A stretch of DNA of 64,000 bases from Blasia pusilla (Eukaryota), in contig CM114271.1 in the NCBI GenBank assembly GCA_050084515.1, positions 6,200,001 to 6,264,000 of the forward strand, read 5' to 3'. The translations under genes were made by a program, and so were the position numbers. The notes beneath the pieces were generated by a model. It had not been told where the DNA came from. It ran no database searches and saw only the letters and a program-made list of their open reading frames with translations. Of the stretch, positions 49,067-63,400 are shown piece by piece; within the stretch, counting starts at the first letter, position 1; each line of letters begins with the position of its first letter.

Positions 49067-50257
49067 ATGGGGGACAATTTCAAGGACAAGTTCTCCGCTC
49101 TGAGCGAGAAATTGAAGGTGGGAGGGTCGGATTTGTCCCGGAAGGTGTCGGAAAGAATGAACAGCATGAGCGGCAAGATGAAGGAGCTGTTCCTGGTGCC
49201 CACCGCCGCGGACAAGCTCGTCGAGGAGGCGACGGCGGAGAATTTGGAAGCGCCGGACTGGAGCAAGAACCTAGACCTCTGCGACCAGGTCAATCACGAG
49301 AGGATGAGCGGAGCGGATGCCGTCCGGGGCATCAAGAAGCGCATCATGGTCAAGAGTCCCGCGGTTCAGATCCTCGCCCTCACTCTCCTGGAAACTTGCG
49401 TCAAAAATTGCGACAAGATGTTCTCCGAGGTCGCCTCCGAGAAGGTCCTGGACGAGATGGTGAAGCTCATCGACGATCGCCAGTCGTCCATCGAGAGCCG
49501 GGAGAAGGCCCTCAAGCTGATCGAAGCCTGGGGCGAATCCACCGAGGAGCTTCGCTACTTGCCGGTGTTCGAAGAGACGTACAAGAGTTTGAGGAGTAGG
49601 GGCGTACAGTTTCCCGGCCGTGACAACGAAAGCTTGGCGCCGATTTTCACTCCTCCTCAGACCACAGCGTCGGCTGCGCGCGCTCATGGACTCGGCGACT
49701 CCTCTCCGTTTTGGAGCCCCGAGTTCGCGGCGACGCCCTTGTCGGACCCCGCCGATCCTGCGAATGTCAAGGAGACGTTCGACGTCGCCCGAAACAGCAC
49801 GGAGCTTCTCTCCACCGTCCTCAGTTCGTCTCCCCACCAAGAGGCGCTCAAAGACGAGATTACGACCACTCTGGTAGAGCAGTGTCGGCAATCGCAGTTC
49901 AATTTGCAGAGGATAATTCAGCGAGCGGAAGACAACGAGCCCAATCTATTCGAAGCGCTGAATTTGAACGACGAGTTACAAAAGGTTTTGGACAAGTACG
50001 AGGAGTCGTCCGCCCCCGGAGCCACCACTCCTGTGGCCACCATTCATGCCACTCAGACCGACAGGTTGGTTGCGCCTGCCTTCACTAGTGTTCCGGCGCA
50101 CGAAGAAGAGGATCTGCTCACAGGGGGTGGGGAAGATGCACTGGTCAGAAATTACGGACAGAGGATGCAGCACACCCCACTTTCCGCCCAAGGAGACGAC
50201 AAAGCAATGGCGGTTTTAGATGAAATGATCTTCGGCACCAAGGGAGGAACCTCATGA
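49067..50257 (+). CDS. TOL1: TOM1-like (TOL) VHS-GAT protein, TOL1/TOL2 type, 396 aa, no introns in CDS
   Basis: MGDNFKDKFSALSEKLKVGG N terminus; VHS domain (ATAENLEAPDWSKNLDLCD, LALTLLETCVKNC, LIEAWGESTEELRYLPVFEETYKSL, FPGRDNESLAPIFTPP); GAT domain (LVEQCRQSQ...LFEALNLNDELQKVLDKYEE). Closely resembles Arabidopsis TOL1 as remembered. Confidence 0.93.
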   Translation: MGDNFKDKFSALSEKLKVGGSDLSRKVSERMNSMSGKMKELFLVPTAADKLVEEATAENLEAPDWSKNLDLCDQVNHERMSGADAVRGIKKRIMVKSPAVQILALTLLETCVKNCDKMFSEVASEKVLDEMVKLIDDRQSSIESREKALKLIEAWGESTEELRYLPVFEETYKSLRSRGVQFPGRDNESLAPIFTPPQTTASAARAHGLGDSSPFWSPEFAATPLSDPADPANVKETFDVARNSTELLSTVLSSSPHQEALKDEITTTLVEQCRQSQFNLQRIIQRAEDNEPNLFEALNLNDELQKVLDKYEESSAPGATTPVATIHATQTDRLVAPAFTSVPAHEEEDLLTGGGEDALVRNYGQRMQHTPLSAQGDDKAMAVLDEMIFGTKGGTS

Positions 50258-51471
50258 GAGCCATGTGCTACTCCGAGAAGCATCGTCCTTGTGCACTCCC
50301 ACTGCAGTCGCAGCTTTTTTCCCCAGGATGGTCTCCGAAGTACAGAAAAGTCATGTGTGATATGTACAGATCGTCGAACCCCATCAGTTCTAAGGCGGCA
50401 ACAACAAAAAAAAACGGATCATGTCAATTGAGCGACGACTTTTTGTCCTACCCGAGAGGTTGTGTAGGTAGGCATCCCGCGGCCATGGCTCTCGCCGAGG
50501 GAGTTCTACCACGAGCACGCTTGATTGTGAAGTGGATTGAACTGTCTCAGCATTTTCGGTGGTACAATAGTAAGTAGGCAATTAATCAAGGCATGCTGTC
50601 CTCATAGAGTCTTGCTTCTTATGATAGCAGCAACACATTGTTCCCAAATTATCAAGGGAAGCTTGGAAATCTGTGCCCCCAGTGCAATGGTCTGTGCATA
50701 AGTTCTGTGGTCTTTCCATGGGTAAGCACTACTGCCTCAATTTCTCTTCTTGAACGAGGGGACCGTATCACTAGCGCTTCTCCGGAAGTAGAGTCTGCCC
50801 TTTTTCAATCAACCGCTCCCGCCAGTGATTAGGGTTTGGATCCTCTGTGGTCCACTACAGGATTGACGTTTGATTACCATTAGACAGATCAGGGCCCAGA
50901 CCAGTATTAATACTTGTTGTTTGTCATGGTATTCCTACTTCAACAAAACTTCAAACTTTCTAGTTCCATATCGATCTGTGACCCACATGGATAAGGTCAG
51001 ATACAGTCTTGGTAGTAGAGCTAATTGTGACAATTTGTGGTTTTGGAGCTTTCTGACATCAAATGCACTATTTAAAATCCAGTGGGTAGCGAGCGGACCG
51101 GGGTAAGAGAAGGGAATGTCATACAGCTCAATAAAGCTGTTCATGAGGATATAAGCTGTTCATGACTATGTTCTTGCCAGTACCTGCAATTGCAAATTGC
51201 AGTCTTGAAAATATGGATCTTTGGGTGAGTATGATGGAAATGATGCCGAAGCTCTGAATCTCAGGATGACACTCTCTATGATGCAGCCCAGGAACTGATG
51301 TCCACTTGTCAAGTAGCATCATTTTTGGGAACGGAGTTTCACTGCAAGTAAGTTACGTCCACAAAGAATACTACCTTGATGAGAGTCATAGCACAGCATT
51401 CAAATCCGGACTCTCTTAAATTTTGTCACGTCCTGATGTAGAGTTCCACCCATGTAAATTCAGCAGTCTTA

Positions 51472-51739
51472 GGGCGGGTCCCCATGGCAACCGTGTCGAT
51501 GGGTCGCACGGGTCCTGTACGAGCACTCACGGAAAAATTACTGGGTATCAGCGATTCTTGGAAGAAATGGAACGTGTTGTAGTGCTTCCACCACTGTAGG
51601 ACTGCCCTTCATGTTTCCTTGCTGTGATTTTTACGGTGTGGCAGGACGAAAGACCAATCTTTGGTCTGTGAGATCTTGGCGGTTGATCCTTCGAACTAAG
51701 GATCCCGCGACCCGAGAAAAGCTCCATGGGGACCTGCCC
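51472..51739. mobile_element. Tourist/PIF-Harbinger-like MITE, 268 bp
   Basis: TIRs gggcgggtccccatgg / ccatggggacctgccc (15 of 16 match), flanked by tta and ttg (degenerate TTA target duplication). Confidence 0.75.
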
Positions 51740-54700
51740 TTGAAGGTAGGGGATGTCGTCTAATAGCTCAGCATGGCTGGAAACTTACCTCAGTTGTTGT
51801 CAGTTTGTGGCATCTAGTGGATAAAACCAGGAGAGCAGCGTGCAGCACCCACAGGGGCACTAGTGTGTCTCATCATGAGTTAGGTTTCTATCCCTCAACA
51901 CATCCTCATGTCTGTTTGTAATCACTGAGAAACCAGAAAAATCATACTGAAGAAATTCAAGCATTGGCTTACGTTAACATGTTTCAGCTTTACAAGCTGA
52001 AATGACATGAGATTCCAAAATTAAGGAATCTTGAATAGTGAGGCACACTAGTGCCTCATAAAATAGTTCCAACCTTTCCTTGGAATAAGAATTGCGGTTT
52101 TTCTGTCGCAAAAGATCATATCATTGTCATCAATAAATATTTTTTTAATCCCTCGGAGGTTGATTGCCATGCAAGTTTGGGATTACATGGTATAAACAAA
52201 ACAATTTATATTACTATGGGAGAGTGTCCTTATAGGGGTGCCATCTCTCCTTTTAAACGCACAAATTTTGTCTCCTTGGCCTCTTTCATCCATGCACAAC
52301 ATGGGTACCGGCTAGTTCTTAGTTATGGTGTCATGGGTTATCTCGGATGAAAGATGATTGGAATATTTATTTAATTACATTCAAAGAGTACAAAACCAAA
52401 ATGAACATATGGGTAGGGAATAAGATAATGACCTTCCCAACAGTTTGATTACAATAGGTAGTGTTATGATTAACTTAGTGGAGGGAAGGTGTGAATAGTG
52501 TTGCTGGGCAGGTTTAATCTTAAGAGCCATTTTCAATTGTATCTTTCTCATTGCTACGAGGCCATCTCTGAAAGTGTTTCAACTATAATTAGACACCATC
52601 CAATATTCCTTTTGGGGTTAGTTCATGAAAGTGTGAAAGCTATATAGAGAAGTTTGGGTAGTTGATTGTGGTTCATGACAATAAGATGATAAAGATTTCT
52701 TTGTATTGAAATTTAATGAAAATCAAATTTTGATTTTTATAGATTTATCTTCAATTTTTTTTAAATTTTCACTTGTAGGATCTTCAAACATACATGTTAG
52801 AAATTAGGAGATTTCAGCACGAAAACAAAAATAAAAATGTGGAGATTCTACACATTAAAATAGATATCCATTAAGAAAAATCATAAGATCAACAATCAAT
52901 TTTAGATGAGACAAATGTACAAATATTAATCAGTCTCGTGCTTAATATTGTAGGAAATGATGAAGGAGAGATCTAATCATCACACACATATGCAGATGTA
53001 GGATTCTTACCCTCATATCTATGACCATCGATGTCTCCATCTGTCATTCAACGATCTTAAGCCTAAGATGCAAGATGAAGGATAATGCATCTAAGTCGAG
53101 TTTCAATTAGAGTAAATCTTGGGGCGTGGACCTTCAAAGTGAATAATTTCCATACAATGCAGAGTTAGTAAATTTTACCTCATATTTTCAATGCTAGTAG
53201 TATCACTTTCATTAAAAAACAAGAGATGGGAACAGCCCTAGCTAAGAAAAACCATAAAATCATAAGATAAGGGACCAATGAAACCATATGTGAGTATTTT
53301 TCTCATAATTGCACATATATCTTTCTAATGAGGTTAATAATTCTTATGTACGTGACAATCTAGGTATGTCTTGACTCTTGATTCTTGAGTATGAGAAAAC
53401 ACTTTATTTGGGGAACTTGCTTACGATATGAGTTCAAAAAATCTTGGAAGTTAGTTATAAGAAGAAAGGAAATACAATGCAAATCACATCACCATGAAAG
53501 AAAACTAATTGAACTTGTGTTAAAGGGGAAATTACAAGAATTCAAGAAACATGTAAATTTCAAAAAGAAAGAGAAAGAGGAACTTAGCGAACTTGAAAGC
53601 ATGTTCATTCAAAAAGAAAAAGAGGGAAAACTCAAACTCATGTAGACTTTCTAGCCTAAAAATGAATTTCAAAGAAGGAAAAATAAAGTCATCCAAATAT
53701 AACGAGAGAAAAATACTCTATAAGCTCGATTACATATTATCAAATATTATATATATAAGAATCACCTTAAACAACTTGAATTATAAGGTCAAAAGTTATT
53801 ATGTAAAATTTTTTTGATAATCAAAAAATCATTTTAGAAAAATTCTTCATAAATCTATCTTAAAATGCCAAATCCTTTTATCAAAGTGGCACAAGATTAA
53901 CCAATAGATCCATGAAGCTTTTGGAAATTTTCATTTTTGACGGAAAATACAAGCTAAGCTTTCCTACATATGACAATATAATCTATATTATTTCTTTGAA
54001 CCATGACAAAATCTCATGAATTACTAGTCATTGATGTAGTGCTCTTAAAAATTTATGGAACTAATTTTTATATTGAGCAAAAAAAAGACAAAAATATAGA
54101 TTAGATGGAAATTCGTGTAGTAAATGTTTTAACACATCCTCTTGTGAAAATCTTATTGGGATAAGATAATATTTTTGCCATATCATTCCAAAGGAAATAT
54201 ACTACCATCAGATCAAAGAAAAATCTCTTCAGCAATTTTCTCACAAGTGGAAAAATTTATCTTCGTAACATATTTCTAAAACCTGCCTAAATGTTGAAAT
54301 TTACATCCTTATGGATGATATTTTGATACATTTAATTACTAATCTCTCTTAGAAATGAAAATGCCCAAAGGTTTTTTTTTTTGGATATAACCATACCCAT
54401 AAGCGCCATGACTCTAAAACCAATCTAATAGAACTTGTATCTTTTCATTGATTGCTACCATAATCTTAAATGTATAGCCTCAATAGTGAAGCTCATCCTT
54501 TAGCTAGGAAAGTTATTAGTTTGCAACTTTATGTTGTAAGCACATATGTATACTACATGAGGAAGAAGAAGAAAATCCGAATTCTTAAATACAAGATAAA
54601 CTATATAGAGGATTTTTAGAATAAGCTTGGAATATTTCTTTAACCAATATAAGAAACATAAGATCTATTGGATACGACGACATGTATTGATCCTTCCGAC

Positions 54701-56989
54701 AAGCTGTGAAGAGATTATAATGATAAATCAGGGCATGCCACATCCTCATGATCAAACATCTTCTTGCAACATCTCCCCTTTTAGGTTGGATTGTGATAAC
54801 AATTAAGTCACTTACATAAGGAAACAAGTGAAAAAAGGATAATGAGTTAATAAACAAAGATAATAGATGCATCTCAAGAGTCCATATAATCAAGACAAGG
54901 ATTCACACTTGCCTATCACTCAAATTTGAAGCCGCAAGTTTTGGCCGAGATATGCTTACTATCTAATTGATCCCATAATAGTAATTAAAGGGGTCTATGA
55001 AAAATTTTATATTAAAAAAAAGTGAATAATTTTCAGTTTTTATTTAATAATTATATAAATTTATAAATCAAAAAATTGATAATTATTTTTTATATTTTAA
55101 AATAAAATAATTAAGTCTTAATAAAGAAATTTTGGAACTAGTTTTGGAAATAGAGATATTAAATAAAAATGATGGTAATGAAAAGGAACATACATTTAAG
55201 TCTTTTGGAGAGGAATTGGTGGTGGGGAGTTTTTTATGACATAAATCTTGTTTGAAATTTTGTTTAATTGGTTGCTTTCAATGAGGAATTTCCACAGAAA
55301 AAAAATAATTACCTAGAATATTTCAATTGGATATTGCAAGCTATAGAAATCTAATTCGAAAACAAATTCCTTACAATATATTTCCTCACAAAACTTATGA
55401 TGTGAGAATTTTTGCTTGGCTCTATTCAACTAAATATTTCCAAAGATGGAAATGTGGGCTGAAATATTGTTGGTCAAATCTTTCTAGTTTGAGTTATCTG
55501 CAAGGATTTTTTTGAAGAATTTTATAAATTCTTGTTGATTTTCAATCTTTTATTTCTACCTATATTCATGGAAAATTTGTTATTTCAATTGCTGAAAAAT
55601 AATTTTTCTTGTATTTCAGTTGAGGTCTAAAGTGTTGATTGATGTGCTGATCAATCAAGAATGTCAATTGCTATTTGGATCCTTGTCACTATATGTTACT
55701 TTGATCATTGTGAATTTTCAATGGAAAGAATGGGAAGGGTATAAATGAAGAACTAAAATCTAGTTTAAACATTATGTATCAAAACATGATAGGATAAAGC
55801 AACTTAATAGGAAAAATAGCTTCAATGATAATATGTGATAAAGTGAATGGATGCAAAAACTTATGCTGATTCTTTTTTGCAAAAGAGATTCTTTTATTTG
55901 GAAATCCTTAAAAAGAAAGGAAACTTCCATTTTATTTTTTATTGCAGCCATGAGAACCCATAATGGAAGAATGTATCCACACAATCCTAGAATCCTCGAT
56001 AGGTGTGGATTTCCCATAACTCTCCCTAATTTGCAATTGTAGCTTGAACATCGCCAAATCGGCATTTTTGCTTATGTTCATAGATGGCTAGATGATATTG
56101 CTTGGATTTAAACAAAGAGAGAAGAGGACATTATCGCCATCTAATATTCTTTTCTATCTTCACTTTAAATCCTTCCTTAGGCTCCACAAATTTTTTTGAG
56201 CTCTGACTCGTGTGAAAGGAGATTAGGATAGCAATCATACCACAAGGGTGACTATGTCATGATTAACTTTTTGGTGATCTACGAAAAATAAAAACTGATG
56301 GTCGTTACTTGATATCTCTAGCCTTCATGTATTGTCACCTCCTTACTCTATAAACGGGTGTAATCATAACAAAATTTGCATAAGATAGATGGCAAAACCA
56401 AATTGATGAAATTTAGAAAATAAGAGATGTCTTCCAAACTTCAACATTTTCGAACAAGTGATAGATGATAACAATTAATGCATAGAGCATACCACATTTG
56501 TTAGTGGTCTTCAAAAAGATTGTAAGAATATTTTATGAGAGTCATGTGGTTTGATATTAAGTTTCTTTTTTAAAATAGGTCATTAAATTGTTGAAGTAGC
56601 ATTCCTTCCACTCTATGCATAATTTTACTTCTTTTATCTAAGATCCTAGTTAACCATTGTGAGATCTATAGGAGGACATCTAAATCAAAGTCAACTATTA
56701 AAGACATGAAAGAAGTCTAATCCCTTAGGAGATTGAGGATGTTTTGTTTTGTTCATAGATTGATACATTTTTTCATTCAAAAGAGCACTTGTAAAATCCA
56801 ATTTAAAACTTAAAAAATAAGAGGAAAAATAAAGGAAATAACATCCCAATGAGGAAAGGAGTCAATTGATACAAAGATAAAATGGCAGCAAGCACATAAA
56901 AAAAAACCAACTCAACAAGTTGTACGATTTTGGATTGAAACAAATCTAACAAGAACACTAGTGGTTGGTTGAACATGAATAAACAATGA

Positions 56990-57480
56990 GCTAAGTGACC
57001 CCAACCACTTCAACTCGATAGATCAATGCCAAAAACTTATGCCCATTGTAAAGCTACCCACATCCATTCCCAAAGATAAGTAGGGACTCTAGAGAGAAAA
57101 GGACTGAGAAGAGTCAAGGTGATGATTCTCAAAGTAGTGGTAAGCACTTATTTTCAAGAAAGTATCAAAAAACACATGTAAATGCCCAAATATTTCCACT
57201 GCAAAAGGAATAAATCCATTGATTGTATGTATTACGGTAAAACCTTTAATATGTGTAGCCCGACAAACCAAGTAAATGTTGGATCAAAAAATACCACATC
57301 ACCCAATAAACAAAATCCATTTCAAGACATGACAATATCAACTTTACTATGAGAGCTTACTTGTGTGGTAGAGAAAGTAGGGACATATTGATGCTCTTGC
57401 TCAACAATGTATTATGCAGAATAAGGCATCAGTGCTACCTCCTTTCTAATCATATCAAGGATCATCGTTTATTCCACACC
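56990..57480 (-). mobile_element. Highly degenerate fragment of a CRE-like non-LTR retrotransposon (restriction-like endonuclease region)
   Basis: Minus-strand remnants KVDIVMS*NGFCLLGDVVFFDPT, FIPFAVEIFGHLHVFFDTFL and WVALQWA* resemble the RLE C-terminal motifs of CRE/NeSL-type elements. Interrupted by stops and frameshifts. Confidence 0.5.
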
Positions 57481-60400
57481 ATGTTGGTAGGGGAGGGGAT
57501 AGGAGAAAAATTTTAAGAGAGTGAAAGTGAATTCACTTTTGATTCTCTTTTATATCGAATTCAAATTCTCATAAAAGTATGAGAGGGATCTTTGTGAATA
57601 AAAGCACCTAACCATTCTCAAAACACTCACTTCTAAAGATCCATCTTATCATTTTGCGAAAAATAATTTTATTCTAGAATCTTGTGCTCCCTCATGATCT
57701 TTGGCCCAATATTTCTTTCAATATATGATTTACTTTTCTAAATTTCATCCAAAACTTACATTGTAAATCCCATTTCAAATTCGTTTGTAACTATGTTATC
57801 TATATCATCAAAAGAAGGATGGCTACTTGATATGCAATCACATCCCCTAGAAATGAGAATGAGATGATAAAAAATATTTGTCTTATGGTTCGAATTTTTT
57901 TAATAAAATTTATGGTTTAGATCCATTGGGATGTAAGATGATGTTCTAAAAGATAAGAATAAATTAATGAAGGTAGATGAGGAATATTTGTTCTTTGTTT
58001 TTAGCTTGTATTAGAAATTGAATACATATTGGATTTTAGTGCTTTTTTTATTAAAAAAATTATTTAAATTTAAAAAACTTTTATTTAAAAAAATTGGAGT
58101 CATGTATTTTTTCCATTTTAGAAATCAAATAGATATTTTTTCATATTTAAGCCACGAAACAGTTCAGTTTTTGAATTTCAAGTTTATTTTGGAATTGAAA
58201 TTACACATTATTTTGGATCCATTAGAAAAAGTAATTATAAGGATTGGAAAAATATACAATTCATGCGAAATGGTTTTAATTCCTAACTTTCATTAATTTT
58301 CAAACTTAGTTGGAAGAAATTTCTATTCATGGTTTTGGAAAGAATGGCGACAAAGTATTATGTATAATGTACGCTCCATAATACACTTTCAGAGGGAGAG
58401 ACGAGCTCGGGGGAATCAATGATTCAATATTCACGAGGTATGATAGGCAATTTGGAATCCTCATTGTCGTCTCCTCGGTTTTTTGGGGTTTGGGCGGGGG
58501 CGAGAGGCATGGAGAGAAACGGAGCGTGACGAGAGCTTCGTTTTGATCCTCCTGCATGGCGTGAAGTATTTTTATTTTTATTCATCTTTTAAATTTTCAT
58601 ATTAGGGTTCCAAATGTGAATATTAGGGTTTAGCTTATTGTCATTTGGAGAAATTTCTCAAAAAAAATTTTAAATGTGCTTCTCAATTTCGTTTGTAAGA
58701 TAATCTATTTTAGAAATGAACACTCTTAGCAACTCAAATGAGTTTATTTTTGGGAGGGGTTGGGACTAGAAGTCCTAGGTGATGTTGGTAGGTGAGAGTT
58801 TATGTTAGAGGGAGCATTACCGTGGACGGGAAGAGAGTGGTTTGCCAGGAGAGAATGGGGATGACAAATGTATTGACGGGGATTGTCGCACGATTTTATT
58901 GGAGGGGCCATATCCTCTTCTTGGTGAGTTAAAAATAAATACTAAAAAGAATTCGGAACCACTTAGCGGCTAAACAAATGGTCCCTCCTGGCCGACCATG
59001 GATGCTCTAGAGGCATGGGAGTGGTTGAGGTCCCACCAGGGTGGCATTATAGGTCTCTTCGAGACCCGTTTTCCCCGCCCGAGGTTGTTTCATAGGATCC
59101 CCCATGCTGTGGGACGACCTCCGCCACGCATTCCTCCTTCCCCTCGCTAGATCGCCTTGATCCTATGGATGATTTTTAATTAAAGAGAGGTTATAGCACG
59201 CCCGAGACGCCGAGGAGGTGAATTGGCATTTTCTCGGAAAGTTAGTCAAGAGAGATAGTTCGCGTTATCGCCCATGGAAAGCTCCTTTTTGACATTCCAG
59301 CTTTTGCACGTGACTTCCACTGACGACACGGCTATATGCCTTGACCCGTCCCTCTTTGCACGGGCACTTCTCGGACGTTCTCCGAGGATTGCCGGAGGTT
59401 TGTCTCCGGTATGATGGAAATTGCTTTCCGAGGACACCGCTAGCGGCTTCTCCGAGTTGTTTGAGGTTGCCTCACCTAGCTCAGGGGAGAGTGCCACCAC
59501 TCCCATTAAAGGGGCGGGCGACTTTCAGGCGTTGCCATAATAAAGGGGTGGTGGAGTTTACTCAAGACAAGGGCTCACTAAAAATTCACCGTAGGAGGTG
59601 CTTTGCGGTTGGTGAGTCGTACACAACGTGACTTTCACATCTTGAGTGCCACGCCACCCGGATGTGAGACGGTTGCCTTAGGTTTGAGGGCTTGTCTAGA
59701 TGTACATCCAGTGGGTGGTTCTCCAAGCGTGAAAAAATAAAAATATTAGTTAGGTAATTCCCAAATTTGGTGGCGCGTTGTTCTTGTGAGGCTAAAACTC
59801 ATATTGTTGGTCCCTGGAGGTTGTTGCCGTGCAGCGGTGAAGGTGGGGAAGTGCAAGGCTTGGTCTCCATTACCTCGTGATGATCTACATTTCGTCTTGA
59901 GGATAGGACTTTGTATCATGGTTGCGGCTCACCGAGGATCTTTCGTTGATGAACGGAGCCGGCATTCTCTCTTTCGAGACCTGGTTACCTCACTAGAAGT
60001 GCGGACATCTAGTCACCTTTCTTCCCTATAGATCCTTTGATAGGAAGCTAAATACCCGGCTCCTTAGAGTAAATGTGCAACTTCAACAGGTCTTCTTCAT
60101 GGGCCATAGTGGCACCCTCCTTTGCTCACCGCTCCTTATAGGTAAACATCCAGGTCGATGTGGGCTCCAATCTTCCTTGATGGAAGCCCACTTTTCAGTT
60201 TTTATGTTTTATTTGGAATATCCCCATGGAGGTTTGCTCTTTAGGGGCGCCCCTTCTACTTTTAGATCGTTATCGTATCCCCAACCATTTGGACATGTCA
60301 CTGGATCCACTTGGTGTGCATTTGGCACGCTGTCCATTGGGGTGAGAGGATAGCCACTCACGATGCAAAGGCGGGATATCATGTTCAAGATTGCTCGGAG

Positions 60401-63400
60401 AGTGGCTTCCATGTGCAGAGAAGAGAGAGGCACTACTCTTGCGGGATTCCCTCAAGTTCGATCTCTACATGACTTAAGACTCATGCTACAAGTGAAAGAC
60501 ACATATGACTACACGAAGGGGACACATCTTCATATAGAGAATGGGGCTGGGGGAGAACTTCGTTCACTACATTTGCCCATCATCTCCATCTATCGAATGT
60601 TTTATTTGCTAATGGGATTTGTTAATACTTCAACATTAGTAGTCAAGCTTCTAAATACTTTTTCACTCAAGTGCATCTTTCTTTTGCATATCTAGAGGAT
60701 CTGCACCTCGGTTTCCGTTTCATATGGAGAGAGAATATTCTCCATAAATTTTCAGAAGATTGGTAATTACCCAAAAAAAAGTTAGAAAAAAGAAGTAACA
60801 AGAAATAAACGAATGTAGTGTGAAAGCAAACACTCCGGGCATTAAAAAATAAAAATTTTTACTAGAAAGTATAGGTACCAAAGTAATTTTAAATTAAATC
60901 AAATTTGGTTTCTCATAGTCAAGAGCCCGTATATTCGCTTACCAAAAGTCCTCATCGTTGTGTACCATAAGGAGGAAGACAACTACTCACCGTGAGTTCC
61001 TCACATAAGCCTTGTATAGGTAACCTGCAATGCAATTCCTCTTGTGGCTAAAACCTTAGGTTGTTGCCATCCTTACCATCTCGTCTTGGATAAGCATGGA
61101 TCTGTTCTAAAAACTAATCTAAGCTATCAAATAAATAATTAAATGTGCAACTCAACACTTCATTTGCTCAATATTTGTAAACATTTCATATGTTTTATTT
61201 GGTTCAATTCGTAGTACTTTTAGATCGTTATCGTATTCAATTTAGACATGTCACTAAGTTCGCTCGCATACTCACAAGTGAAATTATCCCAAATCGTCGC
61301 ATCGACGCTAGGGCGAGCCCAAATGTTAATACTTCAACATTTGGTCATGTTCTAAATGTTTTATCCAAATACGTGCTCACTTCAAATACTCAATGAGAAA
61401 GATGGACGCAGATTCAAAAGCAGAAATTCACATGGGTTGTTTATCAAACTTGCATATAAAAGTAATATAAAAGTACTGGAATTTGTTTCAAGAACAAACA
61501 AAATCATGGGGAACTTGCTTTGAGCCCATGCGAGTCCGAAGACGCTCTTCCAATTTCTTATCATGAAAGACAATGAAAGAAAGAAGAGAACATGCTTACA
61601 AGGAACACTCTTTGGCACAGTACAAATGATAAGCTCCTCCAATATTCGTCCGCATGAGATACAAGCACTACTTGAATGCAGATTGGAAAACCTCACTTGC
61701 ATTGTTCTTCTATCCATTCGAGTTGGAAAAAAAAGTGACGACCGAGGTGTTGTGAACATTGCCCAATGGAATGCTATCCATCGTATGCAGATTCACATGA
61801 GAGAAAGGTGACTTCCTGATTTTGGAGAGCTTCCCTACTTGCCGCGTGCCACTCCATCAACCAGTGAGAAGTTTCACCCCACAGATAGCAAAAATCAAAA
61901 TTTCAGACACTGTAACAGGTGGGTTTGGATTGGAGCAGCCTAAACAATTGTGGCACAAAGGCTACATTGGAAACATGTAAAGAGAACCGTTCACTAACCA
62001 GCAAATACCATGACATAGGATGACGAGACTGCGCATGACACATGCATTTCATGTCTCAAATATGACTTTCACCTCAAGAGACTACTGCGATAAGGACAAA
62101 AGATTGGTCAATTCTTAGAGCTTTCTACCTTCACCGGATATGACCACCAAGGCTAGAATTGTGAGTTATACATTGGTCAGAAATCCTAAGCAGGCAGACT
62201 GTGCTTTGGCAGTTTCATCACATTCTAATTACAGACATATTCAGCCCGACTTTTTTTGGAAGATGCAAGTAGACTCCATTCAATTCCAACAGAAGTATGC
62301 TTTGGAGAAGGTCCAAGTAAAACCCATATATCACTCGACTCAAACTAACAAGAATGCCCACAATCTGTCACAAGTTCGTTGATTGCATAGTGAATGTAAG
62401 GGACTAACAAATCCACTGACCTCCAAGTCTCCAGTGATGCAAACCAACAAATCTGAGGAATGTCACATGTCTCTACAGGACAGTACCAAAACATCATACT
62501 CCTGTTGCAGAACACCTGATACATACTTTAGCCTCAATCAGTACAAACAAAAACAACTAGATCAAACGCTACTGCTCACTCAGTTAGCTTGAGTTCAAAG
62601 ATAAAGCAAGGAAAAGACCGCACCACATCAAGTGCTTAATTTCCTGACTATACGCACTGTCAAAAAGTCTGGGTAAAACGAACAAGTGGCATATACCCAA
62701 TATCAATAGAATTGGAATATTGAAAGGAGTAGCAGAGATCCACTCACCAACTTCCGAAGAGGTTGGCATGGACTCGATTTCCATATCAAGAGCAAGAGGA
62801 AGCCATGGCAAATCTGACAACAAAACTCATCACTTTCGGAAGCAGAAAAGTTGTCGGTTGTGACACCGCTCAACACCTACTTCTGTCTGATCAAATCTGG
62901 GGCCAATTCGGGGCACAGTTTGTGTGATACAATCCTTGATTCTATGAAATGCTTAGGAGGATCCCTCTGGAAGGGATCTCAACAAACTAGCCAAAGCATG
63001 CACAACTTCGCTCCATTGGCAATCAACTGCTATCCTCTAATGAGGAAAGATGAATCCTAAGCCATGAAGTAGACAGGGTTGGATGATCATCAATAACGTG
63101 ACTAGGGATCGAACCGCACTCCTCTCACCATCAAGGCAGCTCATCCAAAAATGAGTTCAAAATTGACTTGAGAACTTGTGTGGCTAGTCACTTAATTTCA
63201 TTCTGAACATTAAAGTTACCTCATACCATATATACAAATTACAGCACCAACCCGCAACTGGTAATTGATGACTTGCTACACGAAAGAAGGGTGGCACTAC
63301 ATCACAACTCTCAAGAGTTCTACAAACCCTCTCGCGCCAACTATAGATCGTTTCCATAGCCTAGCGATGGATGGATACCTGGCCTACAGAAGCCAATGTC

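Noticed and set aside
48445-49902. Long overlapping ORFs around TOL1 (48796-49599 +, 49271-49891 -, etc.)
   Set aside because: Shadow frames of GC-rich coding DNA and GA/GAGC microsatellites, with no recognisable domains.
52900-56400. Possible L1-, CRE- or hAT-derived coding relics in the AT-rich region
   Set aside because: Only vague, stop-ridden resemblance and no motif I can state with confidence; needs tBLASTx/RepeatMasker.
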